Assembly: GCA_013115145.1 (NCBI GenBank)
Contig: JAAPAO010000071.1
Span: 1 to 64,000, forward strand
DNA from: Perkinsus chesapeaki ATCC PRA-425
Lineage: Eukaryota > Protista > Perkinsozoa
Length of the DNA stretch: 64,000 nucleotides
Direction: 5' to 3'
How positions within the stretch are numbered: the first letter of the stretch is position 1; each line of letters starts with the position of its first letter. The position numbers and the translations under genes are program-made. This document shows, piece after piece, positions 1-17,133 of the stretch. The notes beneath the pieces are model-generated. The model searched no databases and was not told where the DNA came from. It saw nothing but the letters and a program-made list of their open reading frames with translations.

Positions 1-602
1 TAAGCTTACTGTTGAGTTTCAAGTAGTGATACGATCTTGGTCACTTGTAGTCTGCACACTCTCCGGACTACATGTATGATAATTAGCAGTCAGTTAGTTA
101 ACAAAAAATTATTTGATTGGTGGTATTTTTGTGTTGCTGCCAGTTGACCCAAAAGAATCCACTTGAGCTGCACTGATTCCTAAAGATATTTCGTAGGTTG
201 ATTGGAGTGCTAGGATTCGCTTCCCATAAATTCAACTGACAATTGTGTAAGGATGGCGCCAAGCAATTCCGTTGTGTACCTTTTATACTAGCATCGCTCA
301 ATCAACCTTTGACGAATCTGATTCTGTCCATATCATCGCTATTAGAAACTGTGTATTTAACATAGCTAAATATTAACTAAATAAATACGAATAATACTGA
401 TTAATATATATTAATAATATTAATATATATATAATATTATATTAGTAACCCTTTATTATGATCTGTGAAGGACAGGTAGGTACATTGTATATCTCTGGTG
501 CTCAACAGGGGAGAAGGGATGGTCAGGGTATTCCTGACCTAAGCATGGGCTTTAGCTGCTGTCTCTCATCAGTTCTTTCGTTGATTTGTATATCAGCTTC
601 TA

Positions 603-3597
<2,995 letters not shown>

Positions 3598-4261
3598 AGC
3601 ATCTTCTTTTTCTGCCCCACAATTGTCGTCCTCCAATGCCTGTACTTTTACTCGGTGCTGACGAGATTACCATACCAATAGGGAGATATCGTCATAAGTG
3701 CAATTGAACTGTTGTTACCTGATTTCCTCTTCAGCGTTCGCCATCGCTGGCAGGCTCTACTCGTATAATAAGATGCTAGTTGAGATAAAGCATTTATCCC
3801 TTAAAGTTAATATGATCGATAAGATGGTATCTAGGGTTTCAAAGATACACAATTTGATCAATAAGATTTATCAGCGTACTTCTGTCTGGTGTTCTCTATT
3901 AATTAGAAAGAGATCCTATGGCGCTATTTCGACAAGTAAAGCGTCGAGAGCAATCGAACAGTCGATCTCACTTTGGCTATATGAAACAGTTTCAAAAGGG
4001 ACATTCTGTCTCTGTGGGCATCGAACTGCATCTTGCGATCTTGCTAAATCTTGCATTTCCCAAACGGAACTGCGCAGTTCCACGATGTTTTTGCCGTCTA
4101 CTTGTATTGAACAGTGCTGCAAAAACTAGCCATAAAGATCTTTGGGTCAGTTCCGAATTTTTCCAAATTCGGGGTCCACGATATGTGTAAGCTCTCTCTC
4201 TCTCTGCCCAACCTCCAGAACGTCTATTATGTACTTTGTTGTTAGTCAGTGGTTTTATTCA

Positions 4262-6187
<1,926 letters not shown>

Positions 6188-7444
6188 GATGACGAGCTGT
6201 TGGGCCGAGGACGTATTTGAAGTGCGCAATGGGATGATATTTTCGTCGTCTACTGCGTTTTTATGAAGATGTAACCCATTGATCTTGGTATTATTTTATC
6301 TGAATAACCACCATCACTCGGTGGTTTAAAGGTTATTACTGTTGTGTGAGAGCGTTAAAAGTTGCTGCGTGTTATCATATCAAAGCTATTGTGTTAAACA
6401 GTACAGATAAACCAGGATTAGAACCAAGAAATCCTAGAGAACGTAAAGGATCCTCACCGCTGACGGATTTGATGTTTGCTCTACGAGCATATTCTATTAC
6501 ACCTCCACAAGAGGAACATGTTTTCGTGAGATGGATGGATCCTCCTATTGAACGTATTCCGCACTTCGAAGGCGCTTGTAGGCAATGCGTGGGATAAATG
6601 ATCTCAGACAGATCATCTGATTGTTTCCAATGAAGACCTGTTACCGTGAACTCTGGGAAGTATCATATATCAAGATGGCTAGAGGTGTCAGACACTCTTA
6701 CACGCTTAAAGTAGAGATGTCCCTATTCGGATTGTTGAAGTACTCATTCCTGGCAGAGCCCATCGCCAAACGAGAAACTCCCTGAGCTATAGAATTATAT
6801 GTTCTGTTCTCAGCTGTACACCACCACACCGCTATATATACTGTCACGCTCCTTATAAGTCCCTTCCAACGCATCATGCTCTCTTGTTTGATGTTAACCC
6901 AGGAGGTATAAACTAGAGTCCCGTCGCTTGCTCATTACCTTAATATAAAACCCCTCAAATCGTTCCAACTATAACAACACAACAACTAGAGTATCCGCTA
7001 ACGTCTCAGCCAACGACGTAAACCGTATCATCGTCCATACAGATTCGATTAGACTGAGAGTCTAGACTAGACCATCTTAGGGAATGCATTCGCCAATGAC
7101 TCTATAGAAGAGCGACAACTGGCCCAACCTGCAATCCCTGTCAAACAGAAATCTTGCACAGTGGATGAGAACTCTCAACACAAGGTTGAGAATCCACTAG
7201 GGAGCCCTCGGCTCGCAGCAGAAATGTGTTTGTTACATAATTTCCTAACAAAACTGGAAAATTATTTATATTAGTTTTTTTTATGAATTTCTACCGTGGA
7301 ATTAAAGGCGGGTGCTTTCTCAGTAGAACAGGTAGGCCCCAATGAAAGGGCGACAAGCAAGCGCCAAATCAGCTTATCAGAGTGAAGAGAGGTGATTGCG
7401 CTGATGTGATAGTACAACAGATGGGATACATACAAGTAGAGTTA

Positions 7445-8236
7445 TTAAGCCATTACTCTTACTGGTGGTGATACTACTGGAATGCGAGATGTGACAGGAC
7501 GGTGATGCCTGATGGTTTCTAAACCGGACGCGGCGCCCAAGTGACGAGAGCTCTTAACGAGCACATTGCGTCCTGATGGACTGCGGAAAGAGCCGCCAGT
7601 CCAGAGGTTGCGACCAATAACAGGGCCGCTCAGGAACGCAACGATTGATTTCCAATCTTCATCAGTTAGGCCGACTAGGTTTTTGTAGGCACCTTCGTAA
7701 GTGTGGCAAGTACCAAGAGCTCTTGCGTGCTCAATCTGTTTGAAGCTGTCGTCAATGTAGAGGATCTCCTCGGGTCTCAATCCCGCACTGTTGGCTAGCC
7801 TCCCGATAGCACGTGCCTTGGAAGTGATATCGCCACAGAAGATAGGATGCATGTTTTCTCGCTTCAACAGATCTTCTCTAGAGTAGCATGGATTGAGGTA
7901 GCCCCAGATGTTCTCCTTGTAGATGTACTTGCCAAGTATGCCACTGGACTCGAGCTCAGCAAGAACCAAAGAGTCGTCAGAGGCCACCCCGTGGGTGTTG
8001 TAGGTCATAATGCCGATAGTAGCATCAGTAACTCGGCGTAGCTCTTTAAGCCAACGCAGAACCTTTGCCCGGTCCAACTTGCCGGAACGCTCCGCCAGGG
8101 TAGAGTCCCAATCAAAAATGATGAATTTGATGTTTTGAGAGAGACGAGTCATGAACGGTAGAGTTGTGGCAGCAGAAACAGTGGAAGGATAGGCAAAGAG
8201 CAATAAGAGCCGAAGCTCGAAGGCTGAAAGATACAT
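7445..8236 (-). CDS. HAD-superfamily hydrolase/phosphatase with probable signal peptide, intronless
   Basis: 263-aa ORF; motif I IIFDWDSTL (DxDxT-like), motif IV ILYIDDS; hydrophobic N-terminus LRLLLLFAYPSTVSA. Confidence 0.75.
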   Translation of the reverse strand: MYLSAFELRLLLLFAYPSTVSAATTLPFMTRLSQNIKFIIFDWDSTLAERSGKLDRAKVLRWLKELRRVTDATIGIMTYNTHGVASDDSLVLAELESSGILGKYIYKENIWGYLNPCYSREDLLKRENMHPIFCGDITSKARAIGRLANSAGLRPEEILYIDDSFKQIEHARALGTCHTYEGAYKNLVGLTDEDWKSIVAFLSGPVIGRNLWTGGSFRSPSGRNVLVKSSRHLGAASGLETIRHHRPVTSRIPVVSPPVRVMA

Positions 8237-8727
8237 AATAGCTCAACTTCATGCCCTCAACATAACAGACAGTAATACATCCAAGGCATGGAGACTGATA
8301 ACTATACAAGCAACTTGGACTGACGTGAATGTTACCGCCATCGTCGATTATTTGGACGCCTTCACCGCGCAAAAGGGATATTTTACGACGAACCTCTTCC
8401 TGACGAAACACGCTGGAAATTAACAGGGAACCTTTTTACCGAGTTGAGATCTGTTTGGCCATGGAAACCACCGATTTGGAGGGAGCTTCGAACGACACGA
8501 TGGCAAGGGACATCCGGGGCGAACGGGTTGCACTTGAGGGCCTGACCTATTGCCTGCGATGACCTACGGGGGAAGTTGGACCAGACCGAGCCCGAGCAGA
8601 CGAGATACCGGCAACCGATCCTCTCGGACAGTCGTTTGTAAGTGGTAACCTTCCCTTTAGGGACTTCTAGTAGGGCCTCATAGACTCGGCGGCGAAATGA
8701 GCTCACAGAGGTCAAGTCGAAAGACAT
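8112..8727 (-). CDS. MGMT: O6-methylguanine-DNA methyltransferase (DNA-binding/active-site domain); 3' end uncertain
   Basis: Three exons give MSFDLTSVSSFRRRVYEALLEVPKGKVTTYKRLS...SQAIGQALKCNPFAPDVPCHRVV...RKISLLRGEGV; PCHRV active-site Cys present. Confidence 0.85.
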
Positions 8728-8859
8728 GCGGCTGAGGCGCAACTACTGATACGCAACTCAACGGTAAGGGCCATGAAACTGAAACGTCATACTATTGTAA
8801 TTATTTCCATCACTTGTTCTACTGTGAATGATCGCCTATCTTCGGAAACGTTATGAAAT

Positions 8860-9684
8860 CTACTGTGGTCTCGGCGGCGGTGGAGCTCGAGGGGGAGGCG
8901 GCGGAGGTGGAACAAACGGTACTGATCGACAGACGGTTTCAGATGCCAGGCGCGAAGTCCGTTTACCTCGGCCGCTTGTGGGGGCGCTTTTGGCTGGCTG
9001 TTGCTGAGGAACTCCTACCACCGGTGACGGGGTATCTTTACCAAGCTCGGACTCGCCAACAATCTTAACCATCTCAGCATGTCGGGCTGCATAGTACTTC
9101 TCGTCCTCGGGATCAAGCCACTCGGTAGGCTCCTCCCTAGTAATCGAATGAACTAGGTTCGAACCCCGGGACTTACTTTAATTTAGTTCGCATATACTCC
9201 TCTCGTTCCTTTGCACCACGTAGCTTTCTCCACTCAAAATAAGGTACATGAAGGACCTTATAGCCCATCCGACTCAGCAGTCTGTGTTTCAATTTGGTGT
9301 ATGCCGTATACCTGTAATGGGCATGCGAAACGAACAGGCCGAGATGCAGCGTCACTTAGTGCTGTTGGCGTAGAAGTGACTTGGGCCGTCCACCTCTATG
9401 GCGATCGGGCGGTCCTTCCCGGTGGGTACATTGCCGTTCTCATCAGCCAGTGGACCTACGAATGTAATGGTTATGATGCCCACCGTAGCACTCTTACCAG
9501 CGAGTTTCCTGGTAAGCTCCTTTATAAGCCTTTGTTTCTCAGCCTGTTCCTCTGGGGTAAGCTTTTCGTTCAGAGCAGCGGAGGTAGCTGCGGCACTGAA
9601 CGATCGGCGAGTCGCCAGGCTGGTGGTAGAGAGAAGAGTGCGCCGTAGCACTGATGCTGTTGCTAGCCCGGTTGCCGATATCAT
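8860..9684 (-). CDS. Small RAP-domain protein with mitochondrial-type presequence and Pro-rich tail
   Basis: Spliced: [30 protein letters not shown]...[44 protein letters not shown]; canonical RAP signature; three in-phase GT-AG introns. Confidence 0.85.
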
Positions 9685-10361
9685 TATTATATTAAATGGA
9701 CCACCGAGGGCTGAGCTCTTGACAAGGTGCTCGAGGGACAAATTGCACAACGCATGATAGTGGCCCAACTTGAACCAGATCCTTCCCTTGAGAAGCACTC
9801 TAGCGGCACAGAGCTACACTGCTGCCTAATAAGCCCGAAACTTATACTCGTTGTAAAGCATATCCCCCCACCAGTAAGACACCGCTGCTACATTAATGCA
9901 AGTGTGGCCAAGTCGAGTGAGTCAATGAGTTTTATCTCGCTCGCCTTAAATCGATCCTCGTCGTTGTTCGAAGTATCGATGTTTAGTAGTTCTCGAGGTC
10001 CTATATCACTTGCTATGTGAGTACTAGGCTGTTGGCATGATTGAGGCTTCTCCCAATACAACCAGCTGCCATGTTATCGAGATTTTCATATCGATTGTTT
10101 TTGTCGCATGTGCGCATGCGTGCAAAGCTCATCTGCTTGTGCACTTTATGCCCTTTACAGTCACCCCGTATGCTTCCTTCTCCTCCCCCACATCCGACTG
10201 ATGTTATTTCTCACTTTCAATTGCTTTTCAGCGTTGTTAGTCTTCAGCGTTTCGATTCGTCCGCCCAGGAGTTCCCTCCCCGTTCATTTCCATGTTTGAA
10301 TGCCAGCTGTTGACAGAATCGTTTCGTTTCAGATTTTGGAAGCTTATTATTGTTTCCTTAT

Positions 10362-11279
10362 ATGAGTGGTTCATCACTTCCTTACATCGGGAGCAAGATC
10401 TCCCTCATATCAAATGCTGAGATCCGTTACGAAGGTATCCTCTACACGATCAACACCGAGGAGTCTACTATCGCCCTCCAAAACGTCAAGTCCTTTGGTA
10501 CAGAAGGCCGCAAGACGCCGAACGTCCCACCGAGCGATGAGGTCTACGATTTTATAATCTTCCGTGGCAAGGATATTAAGGACCTTGTTGTCCTCGAGGG
10601 TGCTGGTCAAAAGCCTGGCCCTCTTGCCGATCCGGCTATTGTAAGCATGAACAAGGCCCCTAGAGTCTCCGGTGGTGATAATCGTGGTCAACAACATAGA
10701 GATGACAATAGACGTGGTCGTGGCCGCTGGGAGGACCGTGGTGGCAACTGGGGTGGTTACAGTGGTGGTGGTGGTAAAGGTTATGGTAAAGGTTATGGCG
10801 GTAAAGGCGGCAGCTATTATGGCGGTTACTCTGGTGGATACAATCGTTCTGATAGGCCTGCTCATCGAAGACCGCCGAGTCGCACTGGCCCAGTCGGTGA
10901 ACTGGTGCCGAATGTGAATCCTGAAGCCAAGGCTGAAGTGAAAGAAGAGTTCGATTATGCCGGCAATGCTTCCAAGCTTGAGAAGCCTGATGAGAGCGCT
11001 GTATCTACTGCTGGCACTACCGTTAGGAGCGGCTACAACAAGACTAAGGGCTTCTTCGATGATATCTCTTGTGATGCCCTTGACCGTAAAGAGAGAACCA
11101 CCACTCAATCCGGAGACCCGGGTGTCGCGGACCAGCGAGCTAAGATGCGCGCTACTGATAAAGAGACCTTTGGAGCAATCGCTGCTCAACGTCGACCCTT
11201 CGGTGGTTATCGTCGCCCCTATGGTAAGGGCCGTGGTGGTAAAGGTGGCAAGGGCGGTAAAGGCCGTGTTTATTATTAA
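10362..11279 (+). CDS. LSM14: Lsm14/Scd6/RAP55 (CITH/DCP5-like) mRNA-repression factor, intronless
   Basis: Lsm14 N-domain [24 protein letters not shown]...FGTEGR...[14 protein letters not shown]; FDF-like (EEFDY), FFD (GFFDDIS) and TFG boxes; RGG repeats. Confidence 0.92.
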   Translation: MSGSSLPYIGSKISLISNAEIRYEGILYTINTEESTIALQNVKSFGTEGRKTPNVPPSDEVYDFIIFRGKDIKDLVVLEGAGQKPGPLADPAIVSMNKAPRVSGGDNRGQQHRDDNRRGRGRWEDRGGNWGGYSGGGGKGYGKGYGGKGGSYYGGYSGGYNRSDRPAHRRPPSRTGPVGELVPNVNPEAKAEVKEEFDYAGNASKLEKPDESAVSTAGTTVRSGYNKTKGFFDDISCDALDRKERTTTQSGDPGVADQRAKMRATDKETFGAIAAQRRPFGGYRRPYGKGRGGKGGKGGKGRVYY

Positions 11280-12306
11280 ACGGCGTTGTTATTGACGGTT
11301 GATGATGGCGGCAGTGGAGCGTAGCGCCCACCGAGCGCCTAGCGTTCCACTGTTATTAGTTAGTCGCAGCTGGTGGCAGTTGAAGTGACAATAGTTTTAT
11401 ATGGTGATATTTGTTATTGTGGTTGTTGTTACTATTACCATTAGTCGAATGATTTATTTACGAAATAGTTTAAGATGCTCTCTATGATAAGAGTTCTACA
11501 ATGACATCGTATCATGTGTCGCTTGCGTTCATGTACGTGTCTTTGTAATGACAGTGTGTTCAGTGATAGAACTGCGGATGCAGTGGCACACACACTTATG
11601 CTTATAAGATTCCAGTGTTATCATCCTATAAACTATTGCACTTTAATACTGCCACCACTGCCTACTTAATAGTTAGGAACAGTATTTGCCACCATCACTG
11701 AAACGAGTGATAGTTCTATTCGTTGAATCTTCAGTCATCATCATCATCATCCCCGTCTCAAGATAATCATATTAGTAGTTGTTGTCGTAGTAGTAGTTGA
11801 AGTCGTGGAAGACTGTTTGCTGCTAAGTTTGGTGACTAATAGTTATTAGGATGTTTCATTCATCCAAAATGAGTGTCATTTGTTGCAGCAGCCACTCGTG
11901 GTTTAATGCTTTCTGGGTCCAGTGTGATGGAAGAGCCGCCCAAAAGCTGTTTGAGGATTTATAGCGATGTTGAGTTTTACTAGTGGTAAATAACTATTGA
12001 TCTCGGTGATGCTAACAAATAGCGGTGATGCAATGTTGGTGTTGTATCGAATACATATTGAGTACTATCGGACCGAGCTTGAGAAAATTAGGTATCTTAA
12101 CTGCAAGCTAAGGTCGCAAGGTGAGATGCTGAGGTAAGTTGGTATTGCACCAGTAACGCGAAATCAAGTCATACAGTTTTTTATAAGAGTATGTAAACCT
12201 GTACAGGTGAGTTGACAGTTCACATTGGGGCATATGATACAATTGAGACATGGTTGATGTATCGAGTATTAAGTGAATTCGAAGAAATGACTTTAACTGA
12301 ACTCAG

Positions 12307-13759
12307 TTAAAGCCCCCTCGGACCGGATGGGCACTGGTATTCAACGACAACGCTTCTAAAGAGCAAGAGACTTCCTATGTGAACATCATCATCATGGTCA
12401 GGCATTTTCGATTTGTGAAGTGGCCTGAAGGTATCAGTAACTCGTTCCTTGCAGAAGGGTACTTTTGGTGCACTAATAGGGTGATGGAGACCTCCACCTT
12501 CCAGGAGGTCGAGAGTTCTTTGTTCCTGAGAGATATGAGCGATATCTCCACTTCCTAGGGCCCTCACCTGTCCACGGGTGGGAACGCTCAGTCTGGCGTG
12601 CTGTGATTTGTCGGCACTAGGCTCAGACTGCTTGAGAAACTCCATTGATCTGTCGAGTGCCACGTGAGCATGACTGTCCAATAGGTCAACTCTTACTTGT
12701 TCTTATTGTTCGCTACGGTAGAGTATTGGTTCAGAATGTGGACAAGTTCTTCCTCGATACCTGATGCCATCTGGTTACTATTCTATTCCTTCTGTCGTGC
12801 CTCACTTTCCAGTCGCCTGGACACCACATCCGTCCGTTGTCGGTCGCCCTTCAGGGCCTCGACGGTCTGTTTCAGATTGTCATGTACTTTGCGTAAATTG
12901 TTGTCCAACTTCACCACGTCTTTTCCTGGCAAGATAAGTGATACGATTGACTCTAGAAAATAGGACTGCACATACAAGTGTACAACCTATATAAGTCACA
13001 GCGTTGTTATCCGTATTCGCGCTGTGAAGTGTTCAGAGTATCAATCCGAGAAGCTTTTGATAGCGCACGATTTTCCATCCTGGTAAACTTAGCTCGGAAT
13101 GTTGATTTGGTCTACTTGCATTTCTGGCATATTACGCGAGATTATTAAGTAGAATCGAGAAGTCTACCATATGGTGATGACTAAGACGTTACCAATGCCT
13201 GGTATACGATAAGCGATGTCTTATCATTATACACTATCGAGCTTTAGGTAACGAAGGTAGACATGAAGTCTGATAAACCTACTTAACCTCCCGACATCAG
13301 CCTGCATGGACTCAACTTCGGACTGTAACTGATATCAATACTACTTCCACTGAGGCCTTTCATTTCGACCCACTTCATTAACCTTATTCTTGTTGGCTCT
13401 ATGCGAGAGCGCTGCTATGCCCCCTAAGAGTCCACAGGTAGCCAGAAATACTGCTAGTTGAACTAGATACGGTCTCTTGTGTCTGCCACGGTTACCCTTT
13501 ACTGGACGAACGTTGAACATACAGTAGGAACTGTGCAATGGAGGAGCTGCGGAGTTGAGGAGTTATTCACTTTTCCCATTTTCCAGTCCAGTTTTTCCAT
13601 TAGGAGCCTAATGTATACTAAGGGCATTGGGGGATCGCGGCACGGTGTTGAATATGTACCGGTATCACAAGAGCAGACATTACCTGGATGGAGATGGCGT
13701 TTGGCGTTCTCCCCACAAGCTTTGAACACATTTCCTACGAAACTTGAAGATATCTCCAA
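12307..13759 (-). CDS. Hypothetical multi-exon protein with coiled-coil segment; boundaries approximate
   Basis: Minus-strand open segments (VKLDNNLRKVHDNLKQTVEALKGDRQR...; DRSMEFLKQSEP...) separated by GT-AG introns; full model not resolved. Confidence 0.35.
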
Positions 13760-13842
13760 GCACTAACAATGTCTCACCAGGAGGCTGTTTCACTTATACG
13801 TTGAGAAATTGACTAAACAAATCGCAGGTGGTAAGAAATACG

Positions 13843-15274
13843 TTATTTGGTAATAATGATGCCCTTGGCTCTAGTCGAACGTTTGTGCTTTTTGGGGTTC
13901 GAGCTCGTCGAAGGCTCTGCTACACCTTTACTGCCACTAACAACTATGTCGTCACTGGATCTCTTCCGCTTCACACTGGCATCTCGGACCAGTTTACAGA
14001 GGTAAAAGCCACGGCAATGGTCAACCTCTGGCCGGACTTGAATATCTCGGGCACCGTGCGACGGCTCTTTCCAACACGTACCGTTCTCAAACGGCCATTC
14101 CCGTCTGAAACCGCCAAGGATTCTGTTGAGGGCCTTCTTCACGACTTCACCATTTTCTTCGTTCTTAATACTGCAAGTACTATAGCAAATAGTGCGAACG
14201 GCAGGGAAGGCTGTTAAGGCATGGTCCAGCATTCGGCATTGAAACGATGATAACTTACGAAGCCTCTGGGCTCCGACATTCTCCGAGTCAGCGTGAACAT
14301 CAACCAGCCCAGATCCACTGCAGCTGGGGTCCAAGTTGACATGAGTGACCTCCGACGAGTTGTACTTGATGAAGTCCCCTATACGTACTTCAACGGTTAT
14401 CTTAGGGCTGTGATCAGCAGCCAGATGAACTACATCCCCGGATGCAGCCTTACCGTCCTCTGGTAGGAAACCTGCTTTAGCCAGTCGATCCAGTAGCACC
14501 TTGGCACGCTTAGGGTCGAGTTCCATGGCAATTACCTTGCCACCGATGTTACGATATCTCATCAGTTGCAGAAGATGTATAGTCTTGGACCCGGGTGACG
14601 CACATGCATCAGCGACAGTGATGTCCTCACCTGGCTCGACGCCGGCCAAGACAGCATGGGCGGACAGGCAACTGCCACGGTCTTGTAATACGAGAGTGAA
14701 GTCCTTAACCAGTGGTGACTCTACCAATGCTTTAGAGTAAGCCGGGTCCACCTTAATAACCTAAAACGAATCTTACATTAGATACAAAACTCCGCGGGCT
14801 TACATCAGGAATCAGGTCATCAGCCTTCGCTTTAATGTCGTCCTCGTCAAGTTTAGCGATGGCATCTGCCCTAGAAAGCTCAGCTAGGTTAACTCGTATG
14901 TATCGCGGCAACTGCGCTCCCGGTTCGTCACTGCTCGTGGCCTCATCGTTGCTCTTTACATATTTTTTCAGTTCGTCCGCCTTAGAATTTAACATCCGTG
15001 CAAGCTTGCCTCCGCCTCTTATACCTTTTCCATATATAAGGTCATAAGCCATAACTAGGCCCAGGCTACGGTCGGCCAGAGTATCTAGCAGACCCGCGGA
15101 CCGCAGGGCAGCTTCCAAGCGTTTCCGGGACTTTACAGTTTTGCACACTAACGCGTACACTTTCTGTGGATTGGAGCTCTTAAGCTTAGACTTGTAGAAG
15201 GCTTCTCGAAGACCAATGCCATGTGATGCCACTTTGTCAACAACGGCCGCTGCATCCTTGTAGAGCAATGACAT
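13843..15274 (-). CDS. NSUN5: NOL1/NOP2/Sun-family rRNA m5C methyltransferase, NSUN5/Rcm1-like
   Basis: MSLLYKDAAAVVDKV...PRYIRVN...LQDRGSCL...DACASPGSKT...DPSCSGSG...YSTCSI; both catalytic Cys present; one intron near 14752-14805. Confidence 0.9.
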
Positions 15275-16110
15275 GATGGAAGGTGAGGCGGGACGACGAC
15301 GGCGAGGGCCACAAAGTTTCAAATTGTAGACTTGGTCGAAGAAAAAGCGCACGCCATGAATCTTGTACCTGCGTGCAATCAACCCTTTTACAAAGAAAGC
15401 GTTGGATGTGCTTTTTTAAAAAAATCGATTTCGAAGCTGTTAGTCTCTGACTGCAACGATACCCACTGAACATGGTAGCGCCTCCCAATGTACTTTGCGC
15501 TGGTTGGCGCTACGACAAGTCAATGTTGGGCGTAATTTTCATTATGATTCACTAAAGTGACGTAAGAGGTCGGTGAGGCTAGGGGTGTCGGACAGGGGCT
15601 TCGGTTCTGGCGGGCAATGGCTCGCGAATTATAGCCTGTTATAGGCTGAGTTATAGGCTGGAGTCCAGCCGCTGGAATTTTGGGAACTCTGAATTCCATG
15701 TGATTCATGGCATGAGGTTCATGATGAATCTCATGGGTTCCTACAAGCTTTATAGTGTGAGGCGAGAAATGTTCTTCGCTTCGTATGGAGCGGGCGCCGA
15801 AAGCGAGACCGGAGTTGAGAAAGAGCACTGAAAACCTGCTTTACAATGTAGAGCGAGTCGGCAAGTGTGTTAACCGCTAGTGCGATTTTGACATTGGTCA
15901 TGCGCTATTACTGCCAAGTAATTAATCATATCCTCCCAACGAGCATCAGTTTTCTTTAGTTCATTGAAATAACCATTAGTAGACAGATTGCCTTCACATT
16001 TAGTTATATTACTGTTACCATTATTCAGCACAGACAGGCAGACGTGAAGTTCAACGCAGAAACTAGTTAGTGCCACCAAAGGATAAACTGGAATTCATTT
16101 GAATCCACTG

Positions 16111-16162
16111 TTCAGCAAGAACTTGAAAAATCCAGTTACTGGATTCTCAAGTTCTTGCTGAA
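16111..16162. repeat. Near-perfect 52-nt inverted repeat (hairpin, 1-nt spacer)
   Basis: TTCAGCAAGAACTTGAAAAATCCAGT-T-ACTGGATTCTCAAGTTCTTGCTGAA; arms differ by one indel and one mismatch. Confidence 0.9.
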
Positions 16163-17133
16163 GAGTAGTTTTTCTATTCGACTGGCTTTATCTCGCAATG
16201 TGACACTCGCATAGTGCGCGACAGATAATTCTGGAATCACAGCCGGATTTCAATCTGAAGTATTCGTTGCGAAGTTCGCAATGCGAACAAGGTGATAATC
16301 TCGAGTAAAGTCCACGACATTTATTTTCAAGCTAGAACTTTCTCAAGATTTCATGAAGCTTCATGGTTTATGAAAATCGATTCGAGCTTCTCTGTGTCCT
16401 TAGGTACTTGCATTTGGTGGGGGGCGTGAATTCCAGGCGTTCAAGTAAAACAGCATAAGCCGAATACACAGTGAAACCAGGTATTGATGGAAGAGTGAGG
16501 GTAGCCTGGAGCACTTACTTTGGGAATAGCGGCGTAACGATGAGCCGAGTACGTGGATCAAGCAACTGCTCGAGAATCATACGGTCATAGCTCCTGGCAC
16601 CAACAGCTTATTCGGTTGCTCGATGGACAGCACTCGAGTTGTCACTTTAGACAGGAGTTTGTTTATCTGCGAGACATGATGACTAAAGCAGATAAACCAG
16701 TGCTCAAATGACAGACATGCCTTGTACAAAACCATTGCTTCTTTCCTATTCATGTGCCAGATGTTCTCACAGTCGCGGAGCTCGAAACTTGCAGCACATG
16801 GTTGGGTCGAATATGGGTGCTGCAAATCGTGAGCGTACGTGACATCCAGGGTAGTTACTGATACCTTATCATAGGATACTACTGCTCTTTATGGTGATTT
16901 CATCCATCTAAACTGGATATCAATCTACTGGATAAATTACAGCATAATTCGGACGGGACAATGTGCTTTCGGTAATACCCACTGCAGTAGCAGTACCTGC
17001 TTCCAGCGCCAGGTCTGCATGCACGAGGCGAAATTGACGTGATTTCCTCTCACCATCATTATTGTTGCGTCACTCAGTATCAAATGTGAATCCATGTTTC
17101 TCCATAGCATCTGTGGGAGCTCATCTCCTAACT

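Noticed and set aside
361-450. AT-rich TATATTAATAATATTAAT string shared with the CDPK introns and similar tracts near 44.0 and 48.1 kb
   Set aside because: Low-complexity similarity, not distinguishable from chance.
6671-6681. 11-nt match (TAGCCATCTTG, minus strand) to the recalled Perkinsus spliced leader
   Set aside because: Short enough for chance in 64 kb; no SL-RNA donor or Sm site and no adjacent retrogene start.
6300-7200. Possible multi-exon gene or histone-fold-like snippets on either strand
   Set aside because: Could not assemble a consistent start-to-stop model; motif resemblance is too short.
9155-9172. B-box-like GGTTCGAACCCCGG
   Set aside because: Lies inside a short RAP-gene intron with no cloverleaf or A-box.
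10410-11189. Long antisense ORFs opposite Lsm14, XPG, subtilisin and other genes
   Set aside because: Explained as shadows of sense-strand codon bias; no recognisable motifs.
16450-17090. Possible small plus-strand spliced gene upstream of XPG
   Set aside because: Exon-like segments exist, but phases, start and homology could not be established.
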